From the NCBI GenBank assembly GCA_002104945.1, contig MCFH01000015.1, positions 682,001 through 746,000 on the forward strand: 64,000 bases of DNA, in the 5' to 3' direction. How positions within the stretch are numbered: the first letter of the stretch is position 1; each line of letters starts with the position of its first letter. This document shows positions 1 through 13,123 of this stretch, piece after piece. The stretch is from Piromyces finnis finn. Taxonomy: Eukaryota; Fungi; Neocallimastigomycota. The notes below the pieces were generated by a model that worked only from the letters and a program-made list of their open reading frames with translations, was not told where the DNA came from and did no database searches. The translations under genes were made by a program, and so were the position numbers.

Positions 1-3000
1 CTCTAGAAGAATTGTAAGAATATATTTACTTTAAACGTATATATATACATTTAAATTATTTTTGATAAAATTTGCTTTTTTTTAGTATTACTATTTCTAA
101 TTATTATTATTTTTACTGTTGCTATCATTTTGTTAATAGATATATCCCACATAATCAATTAATTGGTTATATTCCTACTGAAGTTGGAAATTTAACAAAT
201 TTGAGAGTTTTGTAAATTTTTATTTCAAAATTTTAAATAGTTTTACATTTGTATACTTATTAAATATTGTGTTACCTTTTTTTTTTTTTTTTTCTTCAAC
301 ATTATATGACTTTAGATATTTAGATGGTAATCATTTTGTTGGTTCTATTCCTTCTGAAATTGGAAAATTAAAAAACTTGAAAGAATTGTAAAATATATCT
401 ATAATTTTAACTTTATTTCTTTTTGATTTTTTGTTTATTTTAAAATAAAAAAAAAGTTCTTGGACGTTTTTTATTCTTTATTTACATAGTTATAATTTAT
501 AATTTCATTATAATAAAAATAGAGCTTTATATGGTAATCAACTTAATGGCACTATTCCTTCTGAAATTTGGAATTTAACAAATTTGGAAATTTTGTAAGA
601 ATATATATTTATAAATGGATATATCGGTTAAACTAATTCTTTTACTAATAAATTTTAAAAAATTTTTTTATATAATAATAAATGATATATATAGGTATTT
701 AGATAATAATCAATTCACTGGTTCCATCCCCTCTGAAATTGGGAAATTAACCAATTTAAAAGAATTGTAAAAATTTGACATTTAAAGATTGTTTTTTTTT
801 TTTAAAAAAAAAAATAATTTATATTATTACTTTTGTTTACTTAATAATTATTTTATTAATAGATCTTTATATAATAATCAATTTAATGGCACTATTCCTT
901 CTGAAATTTGGAATTTAACAAATTTGGAAATTTTGTATGAATATATATTTATAAATGGATATATCGGTTAAAATAATTCTTTTACTAATAAATTTTAAAA
1001 AATTGTTTTATATAATAATAAATGATATATATAGGTATTTAGATGGTAATCAATTCACTGGTTCCATCCCCTCTGAAATTGGGAAATTAACCAATTTAGA
1101 AGAATTGTAAAAATTTGACATTTAAAAATTGTTTTTTTTTTAAAAAATAATTTATATTACTACTTTTGTTTACTTAATAATTATTTTATTAATAGAATTT
1201 TATATGATAATCAATTCAATGGTACTATTCCTTCTGAGATTTGGAATTTAACAAAATTACAATATTTGTATGAATATATATTTATAAATGGATATATCAG
1301 TTAAAATAATTATTTTACTAATAAATTTTAAAAAATTATTTTATATAATAATAAATGATATATATAGGTATTTAGATGGTAATCAATTCACTGGTTCCAT
1401 CCCCTCTGAAATTGGGAAATTAACCAATTTAGAAGAATTGTAAAAATTATGATTTAATTTCAAAAAAAAAAAAAAAATACGCTATCATTATATATTTATT
1501 TATATATTTATCATCTTTTTCTTTTTATAATTATTATATTAATAGACACTTAGGAAGTAATCAATTCACTGGTTCCATCCCCTCTGAAATTGGGAAATTA
1601 ATCAATTTAGAAGAATTGTAAAAATTTGACATTTAAAGATTGTTTTTTTTTTAAAAAAATAATATATATTATTACTTTTGTTTACTTAATAATTATTTTA
1701 TTAATAGAACTATATATGATAATCAATTCAATGGTACTATTCCTTCTGAGTTTTGGAATTTAACAAAATTACAATATTTGTATGAATATATATTTATAAA
1801 TGGATATATCAGTTAAAATAATTATTTTACTAATAAATTTTAAAAAATTGTTTTATATAATAATAAATGATATATATAGGTATTTAGATGGTAATCAATT
1901 CACTGGTTCCATCCCCTCTGAAATTGGGAAATTAACCAATTTAGAAGAATTGTAAAAATTTGATATTTAAAGATTTTTTTTAAAAAAAAAATAATTTATA
2001 TTATTACAAAAATTGTACTTTTTTTTTAATATTTAATATTTATTTAATATATTTTAATTGCTTTTTTTTTTTTTTTTTTTTTTTTTGAAATTATTAGTGA
2101 CTTAGATGATAATCAATTCACCGGCTCTATTCCTCCTGAAATAGGAAAATTAATAAATTTAAAATATTTGTAAATAAATACATGCTATTTAATTTTTTTC
2201 TCTATCTTTTATTAATTATCAAAAAACAAAGCAAAAGGTTAACTTATTTATATCATGTTTAATGTCTTTTTTTTTTTTTTTTATAGAAATGTAGGAAGAA
2301 ATCAACTTACTGGAGCCATTCCTTCTGAAATTGGAAATTTAATAAATTTAACAGATTTGTAATATTTTATATTATTTCACTTTAAAAAAAATATATTATC
2401 TATTTATTAATAATTTTATTTTATATGATTTATACATTTCATTATTAATATAGATATATATATAAAAATAAATTCACTTCCATTCCCTCTGAAATTGGAA
2501 ATTTAATAAACTTGGTTATTTTGTATTTTTTTTTTATTTTGTATTTTATTATTTATAATATATACATAAATATCTTATGCTTATTAATTGGGTTATCGAA
2601 AAATAAAATACTTTTTTTTTATTATTATTATTATTTTCAAATAAATTAAATTATCTTTTTATTTTTAATTCCATTAATAGATATGCTGATGATAATCAAT
2701 TAACAGGTAACATTCCATCTGAAATTGGAAATTTAAGCAACTTAATGGACATGTAACATATTTTTTATATTTATTTGATTTTATTTTTTTTTTTATGAAA
2801 ATTTCAAATATGCTTCTTTTTTTTTTTTTTCTTAATACCAATTTATTTTTATTATTACATAATTAGAAATTTATCTTATAACAAATTCGTTGGTACCATT
2901 CCTTCTGAAATTGGAAAATTAAAAAATATGTTAAAATTGTAAATATATATATATATATATATTATATATTTATTTTCTTTTTGAAAATTCCTTTTTTTTT

Positions 3001-3705
3001 TTTTTACTAATTTTTTTTTTCATTTTTATTAATAATAACAAATAATAATAATAATAATAATAATAAAATAGTAATGTTGGTTATAATCAATTAAGTGGTG
3101 AAATACCTACAAAAGAATTAGAAAAACTTTCTCAACTTACTATAATGTAAATATTTTTCTTATTTTCTATTTGTATTATTGAAAAAGAATTAGAATTAAA
3201 TAGATAGATAGATAGATAGACTATAATTTTATGATATTATTTATATTATTATTTAATAATATTTTTATTTTATCAAAAAGATTTTTAACTAACAAAAATC
3301 ATCATCATCATAATTTTTATTATATATACATTATAATATAGTGATTTACAATTTAATAAAAATTTATATGGAAAAGTACCAAACATTGAATTTATTAATG
3401 ATGTGGAAAGATGTAGTTATGCCGATACAAATTTGTGCTATTCTGATAATGAAGTAAGCCAATATTGCACCTATCCAAAAGATCATTATGAATGTAATGT
3501 ATGCAAAAATAATTCTATTTCAACGGTCATTAATGGTGTTTGTCAATGCAATGAAGGATATTCAGGAATAGGTTATATTAAGTGTGCTAATAAAAATAAC
3601 GAGGAGAATGATAATACTATTGATGATAATGGTAAATCATAAAAAATTCTAATTAGTATTAGCTAAATAATTATTATCTTTAATTATAAAAAACTAATTA
3701 TTAAA

Positions 3706-3739
<34 letters not shown>

Positions 3740-3854
3740 TAAATATCATAAAGATTTAAATAGTAGTGGTTTTGACCAAAATAGTTTTAAACCCATGTTT
3801 AAATTCTTAAATCTTGTATGGATTATGATTATCCTTGGAATATTACAAAATTAA
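1..3854 (+). CDS. Multi-exon LRR protein with EGF-like domain and C-terminal GPI-type signal (5' end outside window)
   Basis: GT-AG exons, one LRR each, all with phase-2 introns: partial 1-13, 140-211, 316-387, 523-594, 695-766, 863-934, 1035-1106, 1196-1267, 1368-1439, 1546-1617, 1708-1779, 1880-1951, 2098-2169, 2287-2358, 2454-2522 (69 nt), 2681-2752, 2867-2938, 3072-3146 (75 nt). Consensus LxLxxNQFxGxIPSEIGxLxNLxxL (plant-type 24-aa LRR). Exon 3342-3631 has Cys-rich cap plus EGF-like CQCNEGYSGIGYIKC. Last exon 3754-3854: DLNSSGFDQNSFKPMFKFLNLVWIMIILGILQN*. Spliced frame is open throughout. Confidence 0.9.
523..1951 (+). repeat. Tandem ~340-bp two-exon LRR cassette (exons plus introns), four copies plus one chimeric exon
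   Basis: Exon pairs 523/695, 863/1035, 1196/1368 and 1708/1880. The 100-bp introns 595-694, 935-1034, 1268-1367 and 1780-1879 are nearly identical. Exons 1035, 1368 and 1880 are identical. Confidence 0.9.
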
Positions 3855-4579
3855 TGAATATTTTTTTTTTTTTTTAAAAAAAAAGAAACATTCGTTATGA
3901 AACAGCCCTTTTTATACACTGTATCATAAAGCAATAACCTTTCTTTTTTTTTTTTTTCTTAGAAAAAGATTTTTTAATATATATATATTATATTATATTA
4001 GTTTTGTTTTAAATTTCAATTGTGTATAAAATGTAATTATAGTTATTTTAATAAAAAATTTATTATTTTTTTTACCTAATATAAAGGATACCTAAATTTA
4101 TAATTATCATTATCATTGTATTGTAGAATATATTTTTTATTATTATTATTTTACACTTTAGCATTTTTAATGCCTTTTTTCTTTTTTTATTTTAATATTT
4201 AATTATACTATGTATTTTTATTTTATTTTATTTTATTATTGTTATAATCGTTATGATAAACTGAATGTTTTTAATAAATAATTCTAATGGTTGACGACTT
4301 TTAAATAAATAATAAATTAAAAAAGATATTAAAAAAAAAATTCTTTTTCATTTTATAAAACAAATAAAAAAAAATTAATTACAATATATATATATAGGTA
4401 AAGATTTTTTTTTTTAACGCAATTTCCAAAATCTCTTTTGGAAATTCTTATTACATTTTATATTCCTCTATTTCATCGGTAAAAAAAAATGTATTTTTTT
4501 CATTAATAAGTAAATCAAAAAAAAAAAAAAAAAAAAATACCATATCTACGTTCAACCTTTAAATATAGATAGATATATT

Positions 4580-6220
4580 TTATCCAGGGTAGACAGTATT
4601 TTTACCATTATTTATTAGTAAATTTGGATAATCATCTGGTACACCACTAATGGTATTATTTGAACTTAACGTTGTTAAATAATAAAGCATACTATAAGTG
4701 GTAAATTTAATATCTTTATTTTCACTCATTATGGTTGCAACAATACCAGCGACAAGTGATGAGGAAAAGGATGTTCCAGAGGCTAAATATTCTACATCTT
4801 GTAAATTGGAATCTTTAAAAGCAACATGTGTGTAAAAGGGAGCGTAAAGACTTACAAATGTTCCATAATTAGATAACTTTGCTTTTTTATAATTTGATGA
4901 ATGCATGATAGTTGTGAAAGGATCCTTACTATCTACATTTTCAATGCCTCCTACACATATTACATGATTAAAACTACATGGAAATACAATTCTATTATCT
5001 TTTTCACTATACACAGATACATTTTCATTTCCAGCAGCAGCAACAAAAATGCCACCTTGACTGGCTAAATAATTAATAATGGATTGTTCACGATAAACAA
5101 ATTTATTTAAATCACTAATAGAATAATAACCACCAAAAGAGAAATTAAATACAGCCTTGTAGGGTCTAAATAGATATTTACTTATATATTCCAATCCGGC
5201 AATATAATTGACTTCATCTAATTCATTTAAATATATGCCATAGACATTAGCTTTATTGGCTACACCATGTTTTAAACCTGCTGCATTATCAGCCACACCA
5301 GAACCATGATCATCTAAATTAGGACCATGACAATAATCATCACTAAAAGGTTGTATTACTCTCCCCCCACTTATCATTAATATACATTTAGCATCACGTT
5401 CATCCTTATTTGAAAATTCCGCATGATTAAAATTAAATCCGGAATCAAAAATGAAAATATCAATATCTTTTCCAGCCGTACTTGGATAATAGTAATTTGT
5501 ATCATAGGGATGATTTTCATCATCATCATTTTTAAATTTTCCTTGGGAAAGTATGGATAAATGAAGATCACTATTTTCTCTTATTTCTACATCTTTCCAA
5601 TTTGTTTCCAGTTTTATATCCTTTTTGTTATAATGTGCTGCTGCTGCTGATGATGATGATAATGTTGTTGTTATTGATGATGCCAATAATGGAGATAATA
5701 ATGGGGATGATGGAAGAGATGAATTAAAATATTCAAATTGATTGTTTAATTCACAAGTAATGACATTTGGTAGTGATCTTACTATTTTTACTAAATCCTC
5801 AGATAAATAGGAATAAAGAAGAGCGGTATCCTCTTCACCCGATAAACTATTTGATATTGGATAAACGTAGTTCGAATCACCATAATCGATTAAATATCTA
5901 AATTGAGTTTTATTTAACTTTGAATCCTGTTCTATTTTTTTCAACTTTTCCGGTTCTTTATACGTATGTTTATTATTGACAATTAATGTGTGAATATCAG
6001 AAATAATTGAATTAGAACCATTATCAAATTTATTTTCTATAGTATTGTTAATAAAAATTAAATAATATGCATCTTCAAGTTTTTCAAACGGTGATTCTAC
6101 CTTTTTAATATTATCTTGAGGATTAGTCGTCGATGAATTGACTTGATTTGACACTATCGTATCCAACAACTGAATGACAATATAGACAACTATAATATAA
6201 ATATTTGTATATAATTTCAT
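4580..6220 (-). CDS. Secreted subtilisin-like serine protease (S8) with I9-type prodomain, no C-terminal CBM
   Basis: Hydrophobic signal peptide. Triad motifs DIFIFDSG, DDHGSGVA and GTSFSS; oxyanion AAGNE. Intronless 546 aa. Confidence 0.9.
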   Translation of the reverse strand: MKLYTNIYIIVVYIVIQLLDTIVSNQVNSSTTNPQDNIKKVESPFEKLEDAYYLIFINNTIENKFDNGSNSIISDIHTLIVNNKHTYKEPEKLKKIEQDSKLNKTQFRYLIDYGDSNYVYPISNSLSGEEDTALLYSYLSEDLVKIVRSLPNVITCELNNQFEYFNSSLPSSPLLSPLLASSITTTLSSSSAAAAHYNKKDIKLETNWKDVEIRENSDLHLSILSQGKFKNDDDENHPYDTNYYYPSTAGKDIDIFIFDSGFNFNHAEFSNKDERDAKCILMISGGRVIQPFSDDYCHGPNLDDHGSGVADNAAGLKHGVANKANVYGIYLNELDEVNYIAGLEYISKYLFRPYKAVFNFSFGGYYSISDLNKFVYREQSIINYLASQGGIFVAAAGNENVSVYSEKDNRIVFPCSFNHVICVGGIENVDSKDPFTTIMHSSNYKKAKLSNYGTFVSLYAPFYTHVAFKDSNLQDVEYLASGTSFSSSLVAGIVATIMSENKDIKFTTYSMLYYLTTLSSNNTISGVPDDYPNLLINNGKNTVYPG

Positions 6221-7240
6221 TTTTTTTATATTAATGGTATATATATATTATTTCAAAATTATTTCAATATTATTATTTTTTATTTAGTTAATTTAAGAAT
6301 TTAAACATTTTTATTATATTTAAAATTTTATTATTTTCATTTTTAAACTAAAAAAAAAAAAAAAGATCTTTGGATTTATGAAATTGTTGGTATTAAATCA
6401 ATTGTTATTTTTTCTTTTCTTTTCTTTTTTTTTTTATTAATATAATTTAAGTTTTTTTCAAATTTACAATTTTTTCTTTTTATCTATTTTTATGTCTATT
6501 TAATAATATTATTTTTTAAGCGTGTTTTTGAATCTCTGTATTATCTATTATTTCAGTGTAAAGGTTTATACCTTTATTTTTTTTTTTTTCCTTTAAATTT
6601 ATTATTTAATAATTACAATTTTTTAAAGTATAGTAATGGAATAAAAAAAAAAAAAATTTATTTTTTTTACTGTATAATACTATTTCATTTCTATTTTTAT
6701 TCATTTCTTATTTAATATATTTTTATATTAAATATGATTTTTTTATGAATTAAATTATGATTATGTTTCTAAGATAATATTAATTTTAATATAAACACTT
6801 TTTTTATTGGCCAATTTTATGATACTCATGAACTTTATTATTATTATGCGTTTACAAAATCGTGTAACATAAAAGTTTATTAATTAATATTTTTTATTAA
6901 ACTTTTTTATATAAAAATTTTACTTTTTTTTTTTTTTTTTAAACTAGTATATACAAGAAAGTAAGGAAAAAAAAATTCAATATTGCAATATTATTAATGC
7001 TCTAAGTAAATACCATTTTTAATAGTTTTTTTTTTAAAATTCCATACTAATTTTCATATTATAAAAAAAAGAAAATTATAGCGAATTCTATACTATTTCT
7101 TTTTGATATATAATATTAATATATTACATTATATTAAAGAAATAATAAAATATCATTAAATTGATATTTTTATATTAATATGCTTTTATTTTAATTAAAA
7201 AAAGAAAATTTTTAGTTGAATTAAAAATAAATTATTTCTT

Positions 7241-7278
<38 letters not shown>

Positions 7279-8192
7279 GAAAGGGAAAAGTAATATTTTT
7301 TTATTTTTCACAATTTTCTCTTTATTTATAAAAAAAGTATAATTAACCTTTAATAAAAAAAAAGTTTAAAGAAAATATTAATGCTATACTTTTTTTCTTC
7401 AATAATATTTTTATTGTTTAAATAATAAAATTATTGAAATTTAAAATTGTTAATGCTAAAAAAAAACAATTTATAAATTTATCATTATTGTGTAACATTT
7501 TAAATTAAATTCCTAAAAATAATAATAAATAAAGTTTGAAAAATATCTTTTTTATTTTGGAATAATATGACTTTTTTCGTGTAGAAAAGGAAAAAAAAAA
7601 TTCTTACATCGTAGCAAGCATTAATACTTTTACAAAACTAAAAAATGAACAAGGCTTTATATCTTAAATCCAGATTAAAGATTAAATCTGACCTTATGCT
7701 AAAAAAAAAAGACTTATTAGTATGGTCTTGGTAGCTTCTACAAAAAAAAAAAAAACAGCTTTTTTTAATTATACTATCCTTCTTATTCTTGGAAAATAAG
7801 TAGATGTATAATGATTTAAATGTATTAATGATTTAAAAAGTTTTAATAAAACTAATTCAACCAACAATAAATACAATTTAAAATCTTTTTTTTTTTTTTA
7901 ATAAGAAATATATGATATTTTATTTTTATTTTTAACTTTTTATTATAGAAAAAAAATACAATATTAATATTATGTACAACATTATTATTGAAATATAAAA
8001 TATATGCATACATATATATTTCTCTTATTTTATTCTATAGAGTATATATTTAGGATATGTGGAAACATGATGTTCTTTTTTTTTTTAGAAAAAAAAATAG
8101 GTAAATGTCATATATATGTTGATGTATTGTTTTTTTTTTTATTTATTTATTCTATTATCCAAATGGATGAACACCTAGGATTTTTCATATTT

Positions 8193-10064
8193 TTACTCAA
8201 AAATATATTCCTTTTTACAAAAACCATAATCAACTTGACAACCAATACCACAATAATTTTCAGATTTACCACAATAGCCATCATAGGAACAACAAGTACC
8301 ATAAGGACAAATACCATAACCAAAACCACAGCGACCGAATTCTGGACTCATTATTGTCATGAATAAACCATACTTTATTTGACATCCTTGATCTGTACGA
8401 CAACTCTTCATTTCTCGAGTACAGTGACCATCAATGGAACAACAGGCATCTTCACACATTTTATTTCCTGAACGTACACCACAACCATCATAGATATTAT
8501 TGGAGGAATAGACGATATGTTTACCATTATTAATAAAAAGATTATGATCCTTTTGGGTGAGATCGCCAATCATGTCCTTTTCTGCCAATTTTGTTAAATA
8601 GGTAAGCATTGATTCTGTGGTAAATTTCATTTTTGGATGTTCACTCATAATAGTTGCAGCAACCCCCGCAATAATTGGAGTGGAAAATGAGGTACCACCA
8701 TCAATACCTCCCATAAGTTTATTCTTGAAGGTTTTATATTCAACTTTAGCGTATCCTGGACCGTAAATATCAACGACTTGACCATAATTTGAAAAATCGG
8801 CTTTGACATAGTTGGCTGTTTTCATTATATTTGTATTAATCATATCCCAGGTAGGATATTCAATATTATTAATACCAACGGTATCTATAGCACCAACACA
8901 AATGACATCCTTAAAGGAACAGGGATAACACGCTTCATTATAGCGTTCACTATACGCTTCTACAGCTTCATTACCGGCAGCCACAACAAATACAGCACCA
9001 GCATTTGACATTTCGGTAATCAACTCTTGTAAATAGTCGAGGGTTTCATATTTTTCACTGAGACTATAAAAACCGCCCAAGGAAAGATTAATTACAGCTT
9101 TGTATGGTCTAAATAAATTTTTCTTAATATATTGAAGTCCAGCCAGTATATCTGCTTCATGGAGCATATCTTGTTCATTAAGTAAGAAACCATAAACATT
9201 TGCCTTATTGGCAACCCCATGAATATTACCAGCAGCAACATCTGCTACTTCTGTTCCATGGTCATCTTGAATGGTAGGTACATGACAATTGGTCGTTGAG
9301 GCCATATTATAAACTTTACCATTTGTAATATTATAACCACATTTTACAATACGTTCATCAACGTTTGAAAATTCACGATAATCAAAATTAAATCCAGAAT
9401 CAATAATAAAAATATCTATATCTTTTCCGGCAGATTCTGGGTAATAAAAGTTTGTATCATACTTATTTACCAAATCATCCGAAAATTTTCCTTGTGAAAT
9501 TAAAGAAAGGTGTAAATCCGATTCATCTCGAATAGTAAAATTTTTCCAATTTGCTTCAAGTTGAATATCTCTTGTATTGTAATAAGAAAAAAATTGTAAT
9601 CCATGATTAGGTTCACACGCAATGATATTTGGAAGTTCTCTAACACTATTGACAACGTAAGGGGAAAGATAAGCATATAGTACTGATTTACTTTCAACAG
9701 AAGAAATAAGATAAACTAAATTTGATTCTCCAGAATTTCTTTTTCTTAATTGACCATTTTCCTCGAGTTCTTCAAGTACCGAAGGATCTTTATAAGTATC
9801 TTTATTGTCAATAATCAAGTCTTGAATATCATCTATTAATGAATTCAGGGTCATCACTTCATTTTCACGTTTTTGATAAGGAGAAGTATTATTAACAAAG
9901 ATCATATAAAACTTGTCTTTTTTAGAAAGTTCTTTGTTTTTTGTTTTTTTGTATTTTTTATAGGCAAAGTTTATTTTTTCATTTCCGTTTTTAGCATATA
10001 CCAATTCAATTAAAAAGAGAGCAATTATGTTTAAAAGAAAATAGAAATGTATTATATTTTTCAT
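8193..10064 (-). CDS. Secreted S8 subtilisin with prodomain and two C-terminal CBM18/hevein-like chitin-binding modules
   Basis: Signal peptide; DIFIIDSG, DDHGTEVA, GGTSFSTP, AAGNE. C-terminus has CGVRSG..CCSIDGHC and CGFGYGICPYGTCCSYDGYCGKSENYCGIGCQVDYGFC (hevein Cys pattern). Confidence 0.92.
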   Translation of the reverse strand: MKNIIHFYFLLNIIALFLIELVYAKNGNEKINFAYKKYKKTKNKELSKKDKFYMIFVNNTSPYQKRENEVMTLNSLIDDIQDLIIDNKDTYKDPSVLEELEENGQLRKRNSGESNLVYLISSVESKSVLYAYLSPYVVNSVRELPNIIACEPNHGLQFFSYYNTRDIQLEANWKNFTIRDESDLHLSLISQGKFSDDLVNKYDTNFYYPESAGKDIDIFIIDSGFNFDYREFSNVDERIVKCGYNITNGKVYNMASTTNCHVPTIQDDHGTEVADVAAGNIHGVANKANVYGFLLNEQDMLHEADILAGLQYIKKNLFRPYKAVINLSLGGFYSLSEKYETLDYLQELITEMSNAGAVFVVAAGNEAVEAYSERYNEACYPCSFKDVICVGAIDTVGINNIEYPTWDMINTNIMKTANYVKADFSNYGQVVDIYGPGYAKVEYKTFKNKLMGGIDGGTSFSTPIIAGVAATIMSEHPKMKFTTESMLTYLTKLAEKDMIGDLTQKDHNLFINNGKHIVYSSNNIYDGCGVRSGNKMCEDACCSIDGHCTREMKSCRTDQGCQIKYGLFMTIMSPEFGRCGFGYGICPYGTCCSYDGYCGKSENYCGIGCQVDYGFCKKEYIFE

Positions 10065-11283
10065 TTTATAAAATTCAATTTTATAAAATACTATATAAAT
10101 TGATTAAATATTTCTGTTTTATATATAATATAATATGTATATTCTTAAATTATTAAGAATGCTATTAAAATTTTGTCAAAAAATTTTAATTTTTTTTTTT
10201 TTTCTAAATTTTATTCAAAATTTTTTTTTTTTATTTTATTTTAATTGTAAAATTAGAAATTTTTAATTTTTTCAATTAAAAATATTCAATTGAATTATTT
10301 ATTTCTTTTTCTGTTAATTTTAACAATTAAAAAATTGAGTTTCTTATTATAGAAAATTTGGATTTCTTTTATAATATTAATTAAATTCCACAACTATAAA
10401 ATTGAAAATTTTAAGATTTTTGAATTTAATTACGAATATTATCAAAATGACTGTAATGATTTTTTGAATTTTTTTTTTTTATTAAAAATATTGGTTTTCT
10501 TTTTAGTCTTCTTTCTTCATTTATTTGATAAATAATGATAAATTATTTTTAAATTTGTAATGGGGAATGGGATTTTGAAATTGATATAAAATGATGATTA
10601 GACTTAAATGATAGGAATTTTCATTAAATGTTAAATAGGTATAAGAATAGAAATTTGAATTTCTTTCTTTTTTTTTATTTTATTTTGTTTTTTAATTGAT
10701 GTTTAATTATTATTATTTTGGTATATATTCGGTATAAATAAATAAATTTACACTATAGTTTTTTTAAAAAAAAAAAGGTTTTTTTTTCTTTTATATAAAA
10801 TTTTTATTTTTTTTTAATAATATTAAATAATAATATTAAATATTGTGATTATTATAATATTATAATATTAACTATTCTTTTTATTAAATATTAATTAATA
10901 ATAAAATAAAAAAAAATCTTTTATTTTTATAGCTAAAATTACCTAGATAAAATTTTTACTTTCCTACAATTTAACCTGTTAATATTTAATAAATTTTTAT
11001 TATTATTTAAAATTATTTAATAAATTTCGTACTCTTTTTTTTATTATTCAATTAAAATTATCAATTTAAATTTAATTAATTTAAATTAATTTAATTTTTT
11101 AAATAAAACTTTAATTGATAGAAAATAAATAAACCACTAAATTGACCTACAACATTAAAACCAGTACCAGAAATAAAACCAAAAAAGAACAATAATAAAA
11201 AATATTAATTATTCCTTTTTTGTTTTTTTTTTGTCTTTTTTCAAATTAAAAAAAAAAAAAGTTATAATTACTACCTATTTCTA

Positions 11284-11339
<56 letters not shown>

Positions 11340-11367
11340 TAGAATAATAATAATAAACATAATAAAC

Positions 11368-11432
<65 letters not shown>

Positions 11433-11435
11433 TAA

Positions 11436-11468
<33 letters not shown>

Positions 11469-11539
11469 TAGAATAATAATAATAATTAGAATAATAATAA
11501 TTAGAATAATAATAATAATTAGAATAATAATAATAATTA

Positions 11540-11574
<35 letters not shown>

Positions 11575-11610
11575 GTAATTAAAATAATAATAATAATAAT
11601 TAATAATGAT
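11284..11610 (+). repeat. (AAT)n microsatellite with TAGAAT variants
   Basis: Direct reading of the sequence. Confidence 0.95.
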
Positions 11611-13084
11611 AATGAAGTGAGTATGTAAGAATTATTTATTACTTTATTAAAGTATAACTTTTATTATTAACAAACCAAAAAAACTAAAAAAATGAACAGG
11701 AATAACACATATAAGCTTTTATAAGTAATAATATTTATTAATGATATAATAAAGTAATATATCTATATCTCTTTCTCTCTATCTCTCTATATATTTTTTA
11801 TTTATTAGTTAATATATATAGTTTTAGTAAATGAATTTATATATACTTTAAATAAATCGTTTTTTTTTTTTTAATGAAAATATTAGAGTATCGTTAGAGA
11901 AATACAAAATCAATGAATTTTTTCTTCTTTTTTTTTTTTTTATACACTTTAAAAAAGTTTCATCTTTTTCTATTCATTCACTTATTCATTCATTCATTCA
12001 TTTTTTTAATTTCATGTCTTTCCTTTTAATATTGTTTTTCTTTTCCATTTTTTTAAATTATTATTATTTTAATATTTTGATTCATTTATTGGTATTAATT
12101 ATATTTCATTATTTTATTATAAATTAATAAATAATACATAGGTCGTCGGTAGAAGTTTATCATTAATGATGGTGATGATTTACCAATCCAATAATTGTAA
12201 CTATAATTATTATTAAATAGGATGAAATAAAAATTATATATTTAATAATAATGACAGTGTAAAGTTTTAATATTATTGATGATGATTATAATTGTTACTA
12301 TAATTAAATTATATTAGTATTAACAATACAACTACAACTACAATTACAATTACAATTATAGCAAATAATTTTTATCATATAAAAGAGTATATTATAGGTA
12401 GTTTATAGTTTATCAACTATTTTTATCTATATATATAAAGAAATATAGGTAATAAGAATAATTACTATAATTCTATAAAGGCTTCTAAGGAATAATATAT
12501 AAGTTGTATTAGGTTAAAATCAAAAAAAAAAAAAAAAAAGAGTCATATAAAAGTTCAACTTTCATTTAGAACTTTTTTGTACAAAGAATTTTTTAGAGCA
12601 TCACGTGTATTGTTTATGTTGATCATAGTAATATGTTCAAGTCACATATTATTTTTATGAATTACACTTTGAATATATGAATAATCACATGGAACTGTTA
12701 AATGTTTTTTTTAGTTAATTTAATGTTTTTCATCGTAATAGTTTTTTAATATAATAATGAGGAAAAGTAATCTATCCAACTCTCTTAAATTCATTTATTA
12801 TAACATTTGATAATTTATTATTACTATTATTATCAATACCAACATCAATAGTTCATTACTCTATTTATTTTGAAAAGCAAAAAAAAAAAAATTTTTTTTT
12901 CTTTCTCTATTTCACTACACTACAATAATACAATATAATCAAATGTCTACTGTAATATTGTAATAAATTTTAAATCAAAGATTGTAATTTATTTATTATC
13001 TTTCAATAAATCCATTTCTAAATCATGTCAAATCAATCAATGATATTAACTTTAATTGAATAAATATAATGAATGGTTGTTTCC

Positions 13085-13123
<39 letters not shown>

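Noticed and set aside
140-3146. CRISPR-like array (regular repeats with spacers); also the 40-bp and 54-bp repeats
   Set aside because: The repeats are spliceable coding exons with GT-AG introns or simple tandem duplications. There are no cas genes and the context is eukaryotic.
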